Below are positions 37,421 to 48,045 of a DNA stretch of 64,000 bases, piece after piece. Source of the stretch: Clostridiales bacterium PH28_bin88 (GTDB taxonomy: Bacteria; Bacillota; PH28-bin88); NCBI GenBank assembly GCA_000987045.1, contig LAKY01000049.1, positions 37,735 to 101,734 on the forward strand, read 5' to 3'. Both the position numbers and the translations under genes were made by a program. Position 1 is the first letter of the stretch; each line of letters starts with the position of its first letter. The notes beneath the pieces were generated by a model. That model saw only the letters and a program-made list of their open reading frames with translations, had not been told where the DNA came from and ran no database searches.

Positions 37421-38407
37421 TCACGCCACCTGCCTGCCCGGTTGATCTTTCAGCCAGCACCTGACCCAGTGCCCCTCGGCTGCTTGACGCAACGGGGGTT
37501 CCTCTTTAACGCAACGGTCTTGCTTGTAGGAACAGCGCGGGTTAAAGCGGCAGCCCGGGGGCATGTGGAGCGGACTGGGAACGGTCCCCGGAATGGCATG
37601 CAGTTGCTCGTTGTCCTGAGCCAGGTAGGGGATGGACCGCATCAGGCCCTCGGTGTAGGGGTGCATCGGGCTGCGAAAAAGGGTGGGCACATCGCTCTCC
37701 TCCACCACCTTACCGGCATACATGACCACCACCCGCTGGGCCATTTCGGCCACCACACCAAGGTCGTGGGTGATCAGCATGATAGATGTATGAAGGTCTT
37801 CTTTCAACTTTTTCATTAATTGCAGTATCTGGGCCTGGATGGTTACATCCAGGGCGGTGGTCGGCTCATCGGCGATCAGAAGCTTCGGGTTGCATGACAG
37901 GGCCATGGCAATCATCACCCTCTGCCGCATCCCGCCCGACAACTGGTGGGGGTATTCCTTTACCCGGCGGTCAGGAAGGGGTATGCCCACCATCTTCAGG
38001 GCTTCAACGGCTTTTTCGATGGCCTCTTTTTTATTCAGGCCCTGGTGCAACCGGATGGCCTCGGCTACCTGGTCTCCGACAGTGTAAACCGGGTTCAGGG
38101 AGGTCATGGGCTCCTGGAATATCATGGAGATGTCGTTGCCCCTGATACCCCTCATCTCGGCCGCGGTCTTGGTCACCAGGTCTTCGCCCTGGAACAGGAT
38201 GCGCCCGCCCACGATGCGGCCCGCGTAGGGCAGCAGCCGCATGACGGACAGGGCGGTGATGCTCTTGCCGCACCCGCTCTCGCCCACAACGCCCAGGGTT
38301 TCACCCCGGTTAATGCGGAAGCTGACCCCGTCTACCGCCGGGACTACTCCTTCATCGGTATGGAAGTGTGTGCGCAGATCCTGGATGTCTACCAGTGGAT
38401 GGTCCAT
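37421..38407 (-). CDS. oppD: Oligopeptide/dipeptide ABC transporter ATP-binding protein
   Basis: [36 protein letters not shown]. Confidence 0.85.
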   Translation of the reverse strand: MDHPLVDIQDLRTHFHTDEGVVPAVDGVSFRINRGETLGVVGESGCGKSITALSVMRLLPYAGRIVGGRILFQGEDLVTKTAAEMRGIRGNDISMIFQEPMTSLNPVYTVGDQVAEAIRLHQGLNKKEAIEKAVEALKMVGIPLPDRRVKEYPHQLSGGMRQRVMIAMALSCNPKLLIADEPTTALDVTIQAQILQLMKKLKEDLHTSIMLITHDLGVVAEMAQRVVVMYAGKVVEESDVPTLFRSPMHPYTEGLMRSIPYLAQDNEQLHAIPGTVPSPLHMPPGCRFNPRCSYKQDRCVKEEPPLRQAAEGHWVRCWLKDQPGRQVA

Positions 38408-38424
38408 GATCTTCCCTCCCTTCC

Positions 38425-39330
38425 CTAATTCTTCTTCTTTCTGATCTTAGGATCTAGAATGTCCCGCAGCCCGTCGCCAAACATGTTCAACGACAACACG
38501 CACAGGGTGATGGCCAGCCCGGGAAAGATGCTGACCCACGGGGCGCGCCACATAAACACCCTTCCCTCGTTGAGGGTGGCGCCCCAGCTGGGGATCTCCG
38601 GCGGGACCCCGACGCCGAGAAAGCTCAAGGATGCCTCCGCCAGGATGGAGTAGGCGAAGATCATGGTTGCCTGGACGATCACGGGGGCGATACAGTTGGG
38701 CAGGATATGCAGCAGGTTGATCCTGAGGTCGGAAGCCCCGATAGCCCTGGCGGCCTCCACGTACTGCTGTTCCCGCTGCACCAGCACCGCGCTCCTGACC
38801 ACCCTGGCCATCCGGGGGGCGTACACGATGGATAAGGCCATAATCACGTTGGACAGCCTGGCCCCCAGGGCGGCCATGATGGCGATCTGCAGGATGATGG
38901 CGGGAAAGGCCATCAAGCCGTCCAGAACGCGCATCAGGATGTTGTCCAGTTTGCGGTAGTAACCGGCCAGCAACCCCAGAATGATGCCCAAAGCGGTGGT
39001 GACCACCACCACGCTGCCGCCTACGGCAAGAGAGATGCGGGTGCCGAAAATGACCCTGGACAGGATGTCCCGGCCAAAACCGTCCGTGCCGAAGACATGC
39101 TCACCACCCGGCGGGAGCAGCCGCCGGCCCGGCTGGATGTCCCCCGGGTCAAAGGGGCTGATGAGAGGAGCGCCGGCGGCAACCAGTACCAGCAGGCAAA
39201 ACACCACGGCCCCTGCCAGGGCGCCCTTGTTCTTGCTCAAAAGCCACAGCCAGTACCGGAAAGTCCCCGGGGATGGGGCTGACAGTATGCGCTTTTGCTC
39301 CCGCGCTGCGATTTCTGCCATGGGCCTCAC
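38425..39330 (-). CDS. oppC: ABC transporter permease (OppC/DppC type)
   Basis: Six TM segments and EAA-like loop [23 protein letters not shown]. Confidence 0.8.
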   Translation of the reverse strand: MRPMAEIAAREQKRILSAPSPGTFRYWLWLLSKNKGALAGAVVFCLLVLVAAGAPLISPFDPGDIQPGRRLLPPGGEHVFGTDGFGRDILSRVIFGTRISLAVGGSVVVVTTALGIILGLLAGYYRKLDNILMRVLDGLMAFPAIILQIAIMAALGARLSNVIMALSIVYAPRMARVVRSAVLVQREQQYVEAARAIGASDLRINLLHILPNCIAPVIVQATMIFAYSILAEASLSFLGVGVPPEIPSWGATLNEGRVFMWRAPWVSIFPGLAITLCVLSLNMFGDGLRDILDPKIRKKKN

Positions 39331-39338
39331 TCACCTAG

Positions 39339-40280
39339 TCAGATTTTAATCCTCGGATCTACGTACATGTAAACGATGTCCACGATGAGATTGATGAGCA
39401 CGTAAGCGGCCGCGATGTACAGGACAATCCCCTCGATCACCGGGTAATCCCGCCCGGCCACCGAGGTGATGAGCAGCCGGCCGATGCCCGGAATGTTGAA
39501 GATCTGTTCGGTCACCACCGCGCCGCCCATCAGGTTGGCAAAGGTCAGCCCGATAACGGTGATGGTCGGTATCAGGGCGTTTTTCAGGGCGTGTTTGAAG
39601 ATAACAATCCTCTCTACCAGACCCTTGGCCCGGGCGGTCCTGATATAGTCGTTCTGCAGCACTTCCAGCATGTTGGCCCTGGTCATCCTGGCGATGACCG
39701 AGGCCTGGCCCAGGGCCAGCGCCAGGGCGGGCAGCGCCAGGTAGCGTAGGGTCAAGGGAACCCCTTTACTTAACGGGGCGTAGCCCGCTACCGGCAGCCA
39801 GCCCAGCGTCAGGGCAAAGACCAGGATGAACATCAACCCCAGCCAGAAATTGGGAACGGCCACGCCCAGCGAGGTCAGGAACATCACCAGTTGGTCCAAG
39901 AATTTGTTGTGCCGCACGGCGGCGATCACCCCGGCCACAATGCCGATGGTCACTGACAGCAAGAGAGACAGTCCCGTCAGCAGGAGAGTGGCCTGCAGGT
40001 GTTCATAAATGGCCCGGTTGACGCTGCGGTTTAAAAAAATGGATTCCCCCATGTCTCCCCGCAGGATCCTGGCGAACCACTCCACCATCTGCTGGGCCAG
40101 CGGCTTGTTGAGACCCATCTCTTCCCGCAGCCTGTCGATGGCTTCCTGGGTAGCCTCCTGGCCCAAAATGGCGGCAGCCGGGTCCCCCGGAGCCACGTGC
40201 ATGACCACAAACACCACCAGGCCCACGATCAGCATTACCGGGACGAGAGCCATGACGCGCTTCAACAAAAAGGATGGCAA
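39339..40280 (-). CDS. oppB: ABC transporter permease (OppB/DppB type)
   Basis: N-terminal FLLKRVMALVPVMLIV and YIRTARAKGL motifs. Confidence 0.8.
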   Translation of the reverse strand: MPSFLLKRVMALVPVMLIVGLVVFVVMHVAPGDPAAAILGQEATQEAIDRLREEMGLNKPLAQQMVEWFARILRGDMGESIFLNRSVNRAIYEHLQATLLLTGLSLLLSVTIGIVAGVIAAVRHNKFLDQLVMFLTSLGVAVPNFWLGLMFILVFALTLGWLPVAGYAPLSKGVPLTLRYLALPALALALGQASVIARMTRANMLEVLQNDYIRTARAKGLVERIVIFKHALKNALIPTITVIGLTFANLMGGAVVTEQIFNIPGIGRLLITSVAGRDYPVIEGIVLYIAAAYVLINLIVDIVYMYVDPRIKI

Positions 40281-40351
40281 CGGTTATCTCACTCCCTGGG
40301 TGAAAAGGGGCTGGCGGCGGGTCCAGTGCTCCGGCCACCAGCCCTACCCGT

Positions 40352-41926
40352 TTATTTCTTCAGCCATACGTTCCAGAAGAAGAGGTCCATCTTGTTGGCA
40401 AAACCCTCGACTTCGTCTGAATAAATCCGCAAGTTGGAGTAGTCCCCGATCTTGACGGCGGGAACCTCCTCGTAGAAGAGGGTCTGCACCTGCTTCCAGA
40501 GCTCATAACGCTTCTGGAAGTCCGATTCTTTACGCAGCTGGTCCATCAGGGCCTCCAGCTGGTCGTTTTCCCACCAGCCCGCGTATGATGAACTCACGAT
40601 CACCATCTGGGTGGGGTCGGGGCGAGCGGTCATCCCGGTGCTGAAGGCGTCCCACTGCTCCGGTTTACCGCGCTTGTCGGTGAGAGTTGCCCACTCCATC
40701 GACTGCAGGTCGATGTTAAACCCGGCTTTCTCCAGCTGGCTTTTGGCCGCCAGGGAAAAGTTATACTCCAGGGGGCCGGTCATCCAGCGGACGGGCTCGC
40801 CCTTGTACCCCGCTTCCGTCAACAACTGTTTAGCTTTCTCGATATTCTTCTGGTTGTACTTGTCCGCGCCGGCATCGGTCCACCAGGCCTGTTCCTTGAA
40901 CATGATGCTGGGGTCCAGGCGCCAGAAGTCCTTGTGGCCGTACCCGGCTGTCATGATGGGATCCATGTCCAGGGCGGCGAGGAACGCCTGCCGGATGAGC
41001 TTATCGCTCATAATGCCCTGCTTTTTGTTAAAGACCACGGCGAACCATCCCCTGGGCTGGGAGGCTACCGCCTTGATACCCTTGGCGGATTTCAAGCGGT
41101 CGTACTCGTCCACGGGGACGAAATCCGCGAAGTGGTACTCCTTACCTTCCACCCCGGCCACCCGTACCGCGGCATCGGAAATGGGAACGAACAGGATCTC
41201 GTCCAAGTAAGCCACCTTCTTACCGCCGTAACCCGTGGCCTCAAAGTCAACCGGCTGGTAATCGTCATACCGCTGGAGCTTGATATGCTGGTTGGGTACC
41301 CATTCCACAAACTTGTACGGGCCGGTGCCGATGAACTCCTTCACAGGTTCAGCCCCCGCGGCTTCCACGATTTCCTTCGGGTAGATGACCGCGCCGCCGT
41401 TGGGCATGGCCAGGAAGACCAGCAACAGGTTGGTGGGCTGGGATAAAGTGATCTTCACGCCGTATTTACCGTCGGGCTCCACCGAAGAAATGCTCTTGAA
41501 AATGCTTTTTCCATTGCTGGAGGTTTCCCCCCATCTTTTAAGGGATGCCACCACGTCCTCGGAGGTGAGTTCTTTGCCGTTATGGAACTTCACCCCTTCG
41601 CGCAGGGCGATGCTGTACACCAGGCCGTCCCCGCTGACCTGGTGATCCTTGGCCAGCATGGGAATGACTTCCCACTTGTCGTTTAGCGTGAACAACCCTT
41701 CAAAGATGTGCCAGCCCACCTGGAATACCAGGTTGGTGGTGGAGAGGTGGGAGTCCAGGGTGGGAGGCGCCGCATCGATAACCACCTTCAGACTCCCGCC
41801 CATCTTCGAGTCAACGCCTGGTGCGGCCGTCCCGCCGTCCTTGGGAGACCCACAGGCGGTCACCAAAAACACCGCTAACAGCATCAACACCGCCAGTTTC
41901 GTTAATGTTGTCTTTCTCACTCTCAC
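40352..41926 (-). CDS. oppA: Family-5 extracellular solute-binding lipoprotein (peptide/nickel/opine type)
   Basis: Lipobox LVTACGS and SBP_bac_5-like length and composition. Confidence 0.8.
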   Translation of the reverse strand: MRVRKTTLTKLAVLMLLAVFLVTACGSPKDGGTAAPGVDSKMGGSLKVVIDAAPPTLDSHLSTTNLVFQVGWHIFEGLFTLNDKWEVIPMLAKDHQVSGDGLVYSIALREGVKFHNGKELTSEDVVASLKRWGETSSNGKSIFKSISSVEPDGKYGVKITLSQPTNLLLVFLAMPNGGAVIYPKEIVEAAGAEPVKEFIGTGPYKFVEWVPNQHIKLQRYDDYQPVDFEATGYGGKKVAYLDEILFVPISDAAVRVAGVEGKEYHFADFVPVDEYDRLKSAKGIKAVASQPRGWFAVVFNKKQGIMSDKLIRQAFLAALDMDPIMTAGYGHKDFWRLDPSIMFKEQAWWTDAGADKYNQKNIEKAKQLLTEAGYKGEPVRWMTGPLEYNFSLAAKSQLEKAGFNIDLQSMEWATLTDKRGKPEQWDAFSTGMTARPDPTQMVIVSSSYAGWWENDQLEALMDQLRKESDFQKRYELWKQVQTLFYEEVPAVKIGDYSNLRIYSDEVEGFANKMDLFFWNVWLKK

Positions 41927-41952
41927 TTGACCTCCTTTGAAGAAATATGGGG

Positions 41953-43401
41953 CTAAGCGCTCGGTTCCTGTGCAGCCTGCCTTCCCGCTCCCTCCTTCCC
42001 TAGAAAGTAGGTGCTGTTGTCAAGGTCTATTTGCTGGTATGGAGCCTGCCGTTTCCGCATGTAGTTGACGCCTCTTTCGGTGGTCAGGATTTTACCCGGG
42101 TGGTTAATCAGCACCCCGGAAACCATGCATACTTTCCCGCCGATCATGGTCAGCGCCGCCTCACCGGTGTCCGGGTCCACCACGGCGACGTCCGCGTCGG
42201 CGCCCGGGCCCAGGTGGCCCTTGTTAATTAAACCAAACATCCGGGCCGGCTCGGATGAGCTTTTGGCTACCAGTTCCGCCAGGGTAAGGGCCCCGAAATG
42301 CACCAGGGCCATGCCGTAAGTCAGGATGCAGTTCCTGGGAATCATCCCCCCGTCGCTGCTCAGGGCATCCACCACGAACCGCCCGCCGTCATCTTTGGCG
42401 GTGGCGCAGACCATGGCGGTAACCCGCAGGTTGACCGGGAAGGAAAGGCCGGCCCTGGTGTTGTTTCTTTCCCACGCCAGCACCGCCTGCTCTCCCCACA
42501 ACTGCCTCACTTCGGCGCCCACGGGCACGTAGACGGAGGCGTACCCGTCCATGATCGCCTGCCTGATACCCTCCTGGGTCACGGGGTAGCCGCGTTTCCG
42601 CAAGCAGTTGCGGGTGACATGGCTGGCCGGTACCCCGTTTTCACATCGCCCGCTGGTCCCGTTAAAGGGAGCCAGGTGCGATTCGGAAACAACATTTGGC
42701 GACCGGGCAAGAAGGTCCATGGCCTGTCTCAGTTCCTCCAGGGGATCGCTGACCATACCCCTGCAGTAAGCGTTGATGTGGGCAATATGTACCGGAAAAC
42801 CCGCGGCCAGCCGGACCGCCTGTTCCAGCCCCAGGATGTCGCTTCCCGCCGTGGTGCTGCCCGCGTGAAAGGCGACGTACCCTCTCTCCCGGTAAGTAAG
42901 CTCGATGATTTTACTGATGGTGTCGGGGCTCAGCGGGTAGTGCCCACCCAGCACCTTCATCCCCAAAGCGCCGTGATCCATGGCCAGGTCGATGGCTGTT
43001 CGGATTTCCTCTTCCGTCCCCTCCTGCCCGGCCAACCCTTTCCCCGGCCAGATTCCTTCCAACACCGCCATGTTGAGGCCGGAACCATAGGCGGCGATCT
43101 CCTCGATCACCACGTCCACAGGTCCCTCCATGTCCACCGCCGTGGTCACTCCCGCCTTCACCAGCATCCGGTAGCCCGCCCCTCTGGCTTCGGGCCGGGC
43201 GGTGTGCACATGAGTATCCACCACCCCCGGGATCACCAGTTTGCCTGTCACGTCGATCACTTCGGCGCCCGGCGCGGCGCCGGCGCCGTGGTCCAGTCCG
43301 ACCACTTTGCCTTCCTGGATGACCAGGTTCCCGATGGTATCCACCCCGTTGGCAGGGTCGACAATTCTTCCTCCACTGAGGACAAGACAGGTAGCATGCA
43401 T
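41953..43401 (-). CDS. Amidohydrolase-superfamily metallohydrolase (dihydroorotase/deacylase-like)
   Basis: RIVDPANG...GKVVG...VIDVTGKLVIPGVVDTHVH is a typical amidohydrolase N-terminus. Confidence 0.7.
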   Translation of the reverse strand: MHATCLVLSGGRIVDPANGVDTIGNLVIQEGKVVGLDHGAGAAPGAEVIDVTGKLVIPGVVDTHVHTARPEARGAGYRMLVKAGVTTAVDMEGPVDVVIEEIAAYGSGLNMAVLEGIWPGKGLAGQEGTEEEIRTAIDLAMDHGALGMKVLGGHYPLSPDTISKIIELTYRERGYVAFHAGSTTAGSDILGLEQAVRLAAGFPVHIAHINAYCRGMVSDPLEELRQAMDLLARSPNVVSESHLAPFNGTSGRCENGVPASHVTRNCLRKRGYPVTQEGIRQAIMDGYASVYVPVGAEVRQLWGEQAVLAWERNNTRAGLSFPVNLRVTAMVCATAKDDGGRFVVDALSSDGGMIPRNCILTYGMALVHFGALTLAELVAKSSSEPARMFGLINKGHLGPGADADVAVVDPDTGEAALTMIGGKVCMVSGVLINHPGKILTTERGVNYMRKRQAPYQQIDLDNSTYFLGKEGAGRQAAQEPSA

Positions 43402-43420
43402 GAGTAAAACGCCTCCCGGT

Positions 43421-44275
43421 TTAGAGGTAAAAATCGAATTCTTTGTTGGCCTCGTCCAGGCCGGCCAGGGCGCGGGCCGCCTTTTCCTTGTTGTCCAGCG
43501 CGATGTTAAGCACCAGCGCGTCCAGGATCACCATGGTGGCCGCGTAGGAGTTGGCAAACCCCGTGGGGTTGGTGCTCTTGGCGGCAAGCACCAGATCGGC
43601 GCCCTGGCCAATGGGGGAGTGCATGTTATCGGTGATGGCGATAACCGAAGCTCCTTTCTTCTTTGCAAATACCATTCCTCTCAGGGTATCCCTGGAGTAC
43701 CTGGGGTAGCTGATGACCACCAAAACGTCTCCCGGCTGGAGGGTGCCCAGGGTTTCGAACATCCAAAATCCACCGGAGGTGATCTTCTCCACCGGCAGTC
43801 CCAACCTTTTCAGGTGAAAGCCCAAAAACTCCGCCAGGGAGGCGCAGCTGCCCACTCCCAAGAGGAGTATCCGGTGCGCTGTGGACAGCCTGCCGACAGC
43901 GGCCGCAAAGCTCCGGTGATCGAAAGCGGAAAAGGTTTTTTCTATGTTGGACAGGACATCTTTAAAGACCATGGCTACCGCTTCGTTCTTTTCTTTTACG
44001 TTCATCAGGGTCTTTTGCATTTTAATGGACGGGGGCTCTTCCTGCTTGACAATTTCATAAATCTCGTCTTTAAGCTGGCTGTAGCCGGAAAAGCCCACAG
44101 ACTGGCAGAACCTGATGACGCTGGCGTCACTTACCCCCACTCTTTCCGCGACTTCCTGAGCACTGAGAGAGGGGATATCCTTGTAGTTCCGCAGGATATA
44201 TTCGGCGATCGCCTGGTGGCCGGTTGAAAGTCCAGGTATTTTCTGTTCGATGATCTGGAACACGGGAGCAGCCAC
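43421..44275 (-). CDS. RpiR/MurR-family transcriptional regulator (HTH_6 plus SIS domain)
   Basis: GHQAIAEYILRNYKDIPSLSAQEVAERVGVSDASVIRFCQSVGFSGYSQLK, followed by a SIS-like domain. GTG start. Confidence 0.8.
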   Translation of the reverse strand: MAAPVFQIIEQKIPGLSTGHQAIAEYILRNYKDIPSLSAQEVAERVGVSDASVIRFCQSVGFSGYSQLKDEIYEIVKQEEPPSIKMQKTLMNVKEKNEAVAMVFKDVLSNIEKTFSAFDHRSFAAAVGRLSTAHRILLLGVGSCASLAEFLGFHLKRLGLPVEKITSGGFWMFETLGTLQPGDVLVVISYPRYSRDTLRGMVFAKKKGASVIAITDNMHSPIGQGADLVLAAKSTNPTGFANSYAATMVILDALVLNIALDNKEKAARALAGLDEANKEFDFYL

Positions 44276-44383
44276 GTTATCACTCCTTGTAGTGTTTACT
44301 ATGTTTTATGTCGTCCTGTAGCGCGTGCTACATGTTATTCGACCAGCATCGTCCATATTCCTGCCTGGCCGGGAACTATTTTC

Positions 44384-44418
44384 GAAAAATTAGCCCCCGG
44401 GGGACGAACCCCGGGGGT
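44384..44418 (-). terminator. Rho-independent terminator of the sigma-54 activator gene
   Basis: CCCCCGGGG-ttcgt-CCCCCGGGGG followed by CTAATTTTT on the minus strand. Confidence 0.75.
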
Positions 44419-44444
44419 GGGAAGTGAATTAAGATGTTCTGTTG

Positions 44445-46154
44445 TCAGGTGACAGGCTGCTCCAGGTCGTAGGCCTTCAGTTTCAGGTACAGGGTGGAGA
44501 GGGAGATGTCCAGCGCCCTGGCAGCGGCCCGTTTGCCCCGCACCGTCCAGCCGTATTTTTTCATGGCCCGCTCGATCATCAACCTCTCCGTCTGCTTTAA
44601 TGAAAGCACCTGGTCATCCCTGTCCTCCCCCACGTCGGGCAGTTCCAGGTGGGCGGTCACCCACCAGGCGGTGATGGATCCCTCGCCTACCAGCAGCACC
44701 GCCCGTTCCAGGAAGTTTTCCAGTTCCCGCACGTTGCCCGGCCAGGGGTAGCGCCGCAGGATCTCCATCGCCTCCGGCTCCACGCCGCGGACCAACTTGC
44801 CGAGCTTCCGGTTCATCTGCCGGATGAAGTGGTCGGCCAAGAGGGGCAGGTCGTCTTTCCTCTCCCTGAGGGGCGGGATTTCCAGCTTCAAGACATTCAG
44901 GCGGTAGTACAGGTCCTTCCGGAAGGTCCCTTCCTCTACCATCTTCTCCAGGTTCCGGTTGGTGGCGGCAATGATGCGCACATCCGCCCGGATGGTCTCG
45001 TTGCCCCCCACCCGTTCGAACTCCCGCTCCTGCAGCACCCTGAGCAGCTTGGCCTGCAGGTAGGGCGACATGTCCCCGATCTCGTCGAGGAAGATGGTCC
45101 CCTCGTGGGCCAGCTCGAACTTGCCCACCTTGGTGCGGGTGGCCCCGGTAAAGGCGCCTTTTTCATAGCCAAAGAGTTCGCTCTCCAGGAGGTTCTCGGG
45201 GATGGCGGCGCAGTTGATCTTGACAAAGGGCCGTTCCCGCCGCTGGCTGGCGTGGTGGATGGCCTGGGCCAGCACCTCCTTGCCGGTGCCGCTCTCCCCC
45301 AGCAGTAAAACAGTGGAGTTGGACTCGGCGGCGGATTCCGCCAGGGATAACAACGCCACCAGGGAAGGGCTGCATCCGATAATGTCCTGGAAGGTGTAGC
45401 GGGTACTGGTGAACCGGTCCAGTTCCTCGTGCAGGTGACGGATGAGTTCGGTGCGCTGCTCCAGTTCCCGGGTCAGGCGCCGCAGTTCGGTGATGTCGTT
45501 GAAGATGACCACCGCTCCTTCCATCTTCCCATCCACCATGATGGGGGCGGCGTTGGAGATCACTTCGATGTCCGTCCCTGTGACGGAGTTGCGCCACCGC
45601 CGCACCATCCGGCCGGTGCGCAGCACCTGGGCCAGCGCCCCCCGGGGGGAGACGTCGTACACGCTTTTCCCGATGCGCTGCTCCGCCGGGATGCCGGTGA
45701 TCTCGGTGAAGGCGGGGTTGACGTACTTTACCAGCCCGTTTTTGTCGGCGACCTGGATCCCCTCCTGGGCCGAGTTGAGGATGGTGCTAAGTTCCTCCTG
45801 GATCTCCTTGATGTGCAGCAGCCGCTCCCGGTCCTCGATGAGGGTCATCATCAGGTTGGCGGCCTCGGCCTCCATGACGGTAACGGTGGGCGGCGCCGCC
45901 TCCCGGATGGCCTGCTGCACTTCCGGACTGCCGGTGGCCTCGATCAGGACGTTCAGCCCCGGGATACTGAGGATGTCCCTGAAGCCGGCGGAGTAGAAGA
46001 TGCCCAGTTCCCGGGCCAGGGCCACCCCTGGCGCCTCCGGGTTGATGTCAGCCGCCCCCACCACCTGGATACGCTCTACGCCCTTCAAGTTTTTCAGGAT
46101 GGAGGTGCCGCCCTTGCCCAGACCCACAATGCCGGCTTTGATGGTGCGGGACAC
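44445..46154 (-). CDS. Sigma-54-dependent transcriptional activator (N-terminal Rossmann-like domain, PAS, AAA+, Fis-type HTH)
   Basis: [14 protein letters not shown]-terminus and a PAS region. AAA+ motifs GESGTGKE and the GAFTGA loop (EKGAFTGA). C-terminal [20 protein letters not shown]. Confidence 0.9.
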   Translation of the reverse strand: MSRTIKAGIVGLGKGGTSILKNLKGVERIQVVGAADINPEAPGVALARELGIFYSAGFRDILSIPGLNVLIEATGSPEVQQAIREAAPPTVTVMEAEAANLMMTLIEDRERLLHIKEIQEELSTILNSAQEGIQVADKNGLVKYVNPAFTEITGIPAEQRIGKSVYDVSPRGALAQVLRTGRMVRRWRNSVTGTDIEVISNAAPIMVDGKMEGAVVIFNDITELRRLTRELEQRTELIRHLHEELDRFTSTRYTFQDIIGCSPSLVALLSLAESAAESNSTVLLLGESGTGKEVLAQAIHHASQRRERPFVKINCAAIPENLLESELFGYEKGAFTGATRTKVGKFELAHEGTIFLDEIGDMSPYLQAKLLRVLQEREFERVGGNETIRADVRIIAATNRNLEKMVEEGTFRKDLYYRLNVLKLEIPPLRERKDDLPLLADHFIRQMNRKLGKLVRGVEPEAMEILRRYPWPGNVRELENFLERAVLLVGEGSITAWWVTAHLELPDVGEDRDDQVLSLKQTERLMIERAMKKYGWTVRGKRAAARALDISLSTLYLKLKAYDLEQPVT

Positions 46155-46233
46155 ATCATTTCCTCCTCACGTTTCCGATTTTCATAAATGTTTTTCGACA
46201 CCAACCCCCAAACCCCTGCAGGAACATTTACGG

Positions 46234-46257
46234 AAAAAGGGAGGGCCTAGCCCTCCC
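46234..46257 (-). terminator. Rho-independent terminator after the symporter gene
   Basis: The minus strand reads GGGAGGGC-tag-GCCCTCCC followed by TTTTT. Confidence 0.75.
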
Positions 46258-46279
46258 ACTCTTGATTGCCGGTGAAGTT

Positions 46280-47719
46280 TTACTCGTCCTTGGTGGCCGC
46301 GACCTGTTCCACCGCCTGCAGGGCGGGCTGGGTGAACAGGGAGACCGCTACGGCAGACGCCGCCGAGGCGGCCACGCCCCAGAGGATGCCGTAAGAGGAC
46401 AGGGAGACGACAGCGCCGACCACCAGGCCCACCCGGGCGCCCCAGGGGGTGAGGCGGCTGTTGTGCACGCCCATCTTGAAGGCCTCGCCGGCGTTGCGCT
46501 TCCACAGGAGGCCCACCAGGAGGACCGGCACCACACTGCCGCCGGCCATGGTATAGGCCTTGGAGAACAGCCCGATGATGCTGCTGGCGTAAATGGCGGC
46601 GATGGCGGCAAAGATACCGACAATGACGGTCAGCCACTTGGCGTAGGTTACCAACTGCTTGTCATCGGCCTTGACAAAGGGCCGGATCAGGTCGTTGACG
46701 ATGATGACCGCCGCCGAGTTCAGGTTGGAGTCGGCGCTGGACATGGCCGCCGCCAGGATGAGGGTGAACACCACGGCGGTAACCCACATGGGCACCACGT
46801 TCATCATCAGCCAGGGCATGGCCTGCCCGGGGTCGCCGGTCGGGTTCAACGCGGCGGAAACCATCCCGACGATGGCGGTCAGGCTCACGGCCACCACGGC
46901 AAAGATACCGCTGAACAGCATCCCGTTGCGGGCGGTCCGGGCGTCCTTGGCGGCGAAGCAGCGCTGCCAGTAGATCTGGGCGGCCAGGTTGCCGAAGCAC
47001 CCGGTAACGAACATGGTAAGGATCTTTTTCAAGGGGATGGCGGTCTGGGTAATGCCCGTGAGGCCGGCCTCGGCCAGTTTCTGGTTCAGGACAGCGAAGC
47101 TGAAGTTAACTGGGGCTAAAGCGTAGGCGTAAAAGAGGACGCCGAACACCACCACGATGATGCCCTGCAGCAGGTCGGTCCACACCACGGCATAAATCCC
47201 GCCCAGCATGGTATAGAGGATGAAGACGGCGGAGAAGAACAGGATGACCGGCAGCGGGTCCATACCGGTAAAGGTGGCGAAGATCTGGCCCAGGCCCTTG
47301 CCCTGGCCGCCCACCCAGGCGATCATGATGGAAGCTGTCAAAAGGCCCACGATGGCACGGGTGACCTTGTCCCGGACCAGCAGGTCGTCCATCATCTCGG
47401 AGATAGTGTTATAGGTAAAGCGGCCGGCCAGGCCGGCGAACACCAGGGCGAAGATGATCTTGGAACCCTGCTCGCCGAATACGAAAGCGATCTGGCTGTA
47501 GCCGTTTTTGAAGGCGGCGGTGGCGTGGCCCATGAAATTGCCCGCCCCCATGATGGTTGCGATGTCGGTAAATAAGACCAGGATCAGGGGCAGGGTGCCG
47601 CCGGCGATGGCGAACTGAGTAAAGCTGGCGCTGGCCTCGTCCTTGGTCCTCAAGGCAATCCAAAGAAATACTCCACAAAAGATAATGGTAATGATCCAGG
47701 TGATTGCTCCTAAACTCAT
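46280..47719 (-). CDS. Sodium:solute symporter (SSS) family transporter
   Basis: About 13 TM segments. N-terminal and GG/AG-rich helix patterns are typical of the PutP/PanF-like SSS family. Confidence 0.75.
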   Translation of the reverse strand: MSLGAITWIITIIFCGVFLWIALRTKDEASASFTQFAIAGGTLPLILVLFTDIATIMGAGNFMGHATAAFKNGYSQIAFVFGEQGSKIIFALVFAGLAGRFTYNTISEMMDDLLVRDKVTRAIVGLLTASIMIAWVGGQGKGLGQIFATFTGMDPLPVILFFSAVFILYTMLGGIYAVVWTDLLQGIIVVVFGVLFYAYALAPVNFSFAVLNQKLAEAGLTGITQTAIPLKKILTMFVTGCFGNLAAQIYWQRCFAAKDARTARNGMLFSGIFAVVAVSLTAIVGMVSAALNPTGDPGQAMPWLMMNVVPMWVTAVVFTLILAAAMSSADSNLNSAAVIIVNDLIRPFVKADDKQLVTYAKWLTVIVGIFAAIAAIYASSIIGLFSKAYTMAGGSVVPVLLVGLLWKRNAGEAFKMGVHNSRLTPWGARVGLVVGAVVSLSSYGILWGVAASAASAVAVSLFTQPALQAVEQVAATKDE

Positions 47720-47799
47720 CTCTTAACCTCCTTCTCTAATTTTGCCGCTATTTCGCATTCCTTCCCTGATCAGTTCCCTTTTCCCAGGCATCACCTCCT

Positions 47800-48045
47800 T
47801 TAGCCGCCGCCCAGGGGCGGCAACAGCGCTATCTCATCCCCGTCGGCCAGGGGGCGCAGGGTTTCGGCCCGGCGCCCGTTCACCAGCACCAGCATTACCT
47901 CGCCGCGGGGAATGGAAAACCTGTCCAGGAGGTCACCCACGGTGACCCCTTCCTCTATCTCCAGGGCGGCCGCATTGTGATGGTAGCGCCGCCGCACATA
48001 TTCGCCCAGGGTGGCAATCCCTTTAACCCGCACTCGCATCTTCAC
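47800..48045 (-). CDS. MoaD/ThiS-family ubiquitin-like small protein
   Basis: 81 aa ending ...LLPPLGGG. Its ATG overlaps the AOR stop (ATGA). Confidence 0.7.
   Translation of the reverse strand: MKMRVRVKGIATLGEYVRRRYHHNAAALEIEEGVTVGDLLDRFSIPRGEVMLVLVNGRRAETLRPLADGDEIALLPPLGGG

Noticed and set aside
42298-44227. 369-aa and 328-aa plus-strand ORFs opposite the amidohydrolase and RpiR genes
   Set aside because: This is the same antisense artefact. The minus-strand products carry recognisable family motifs and these do not.
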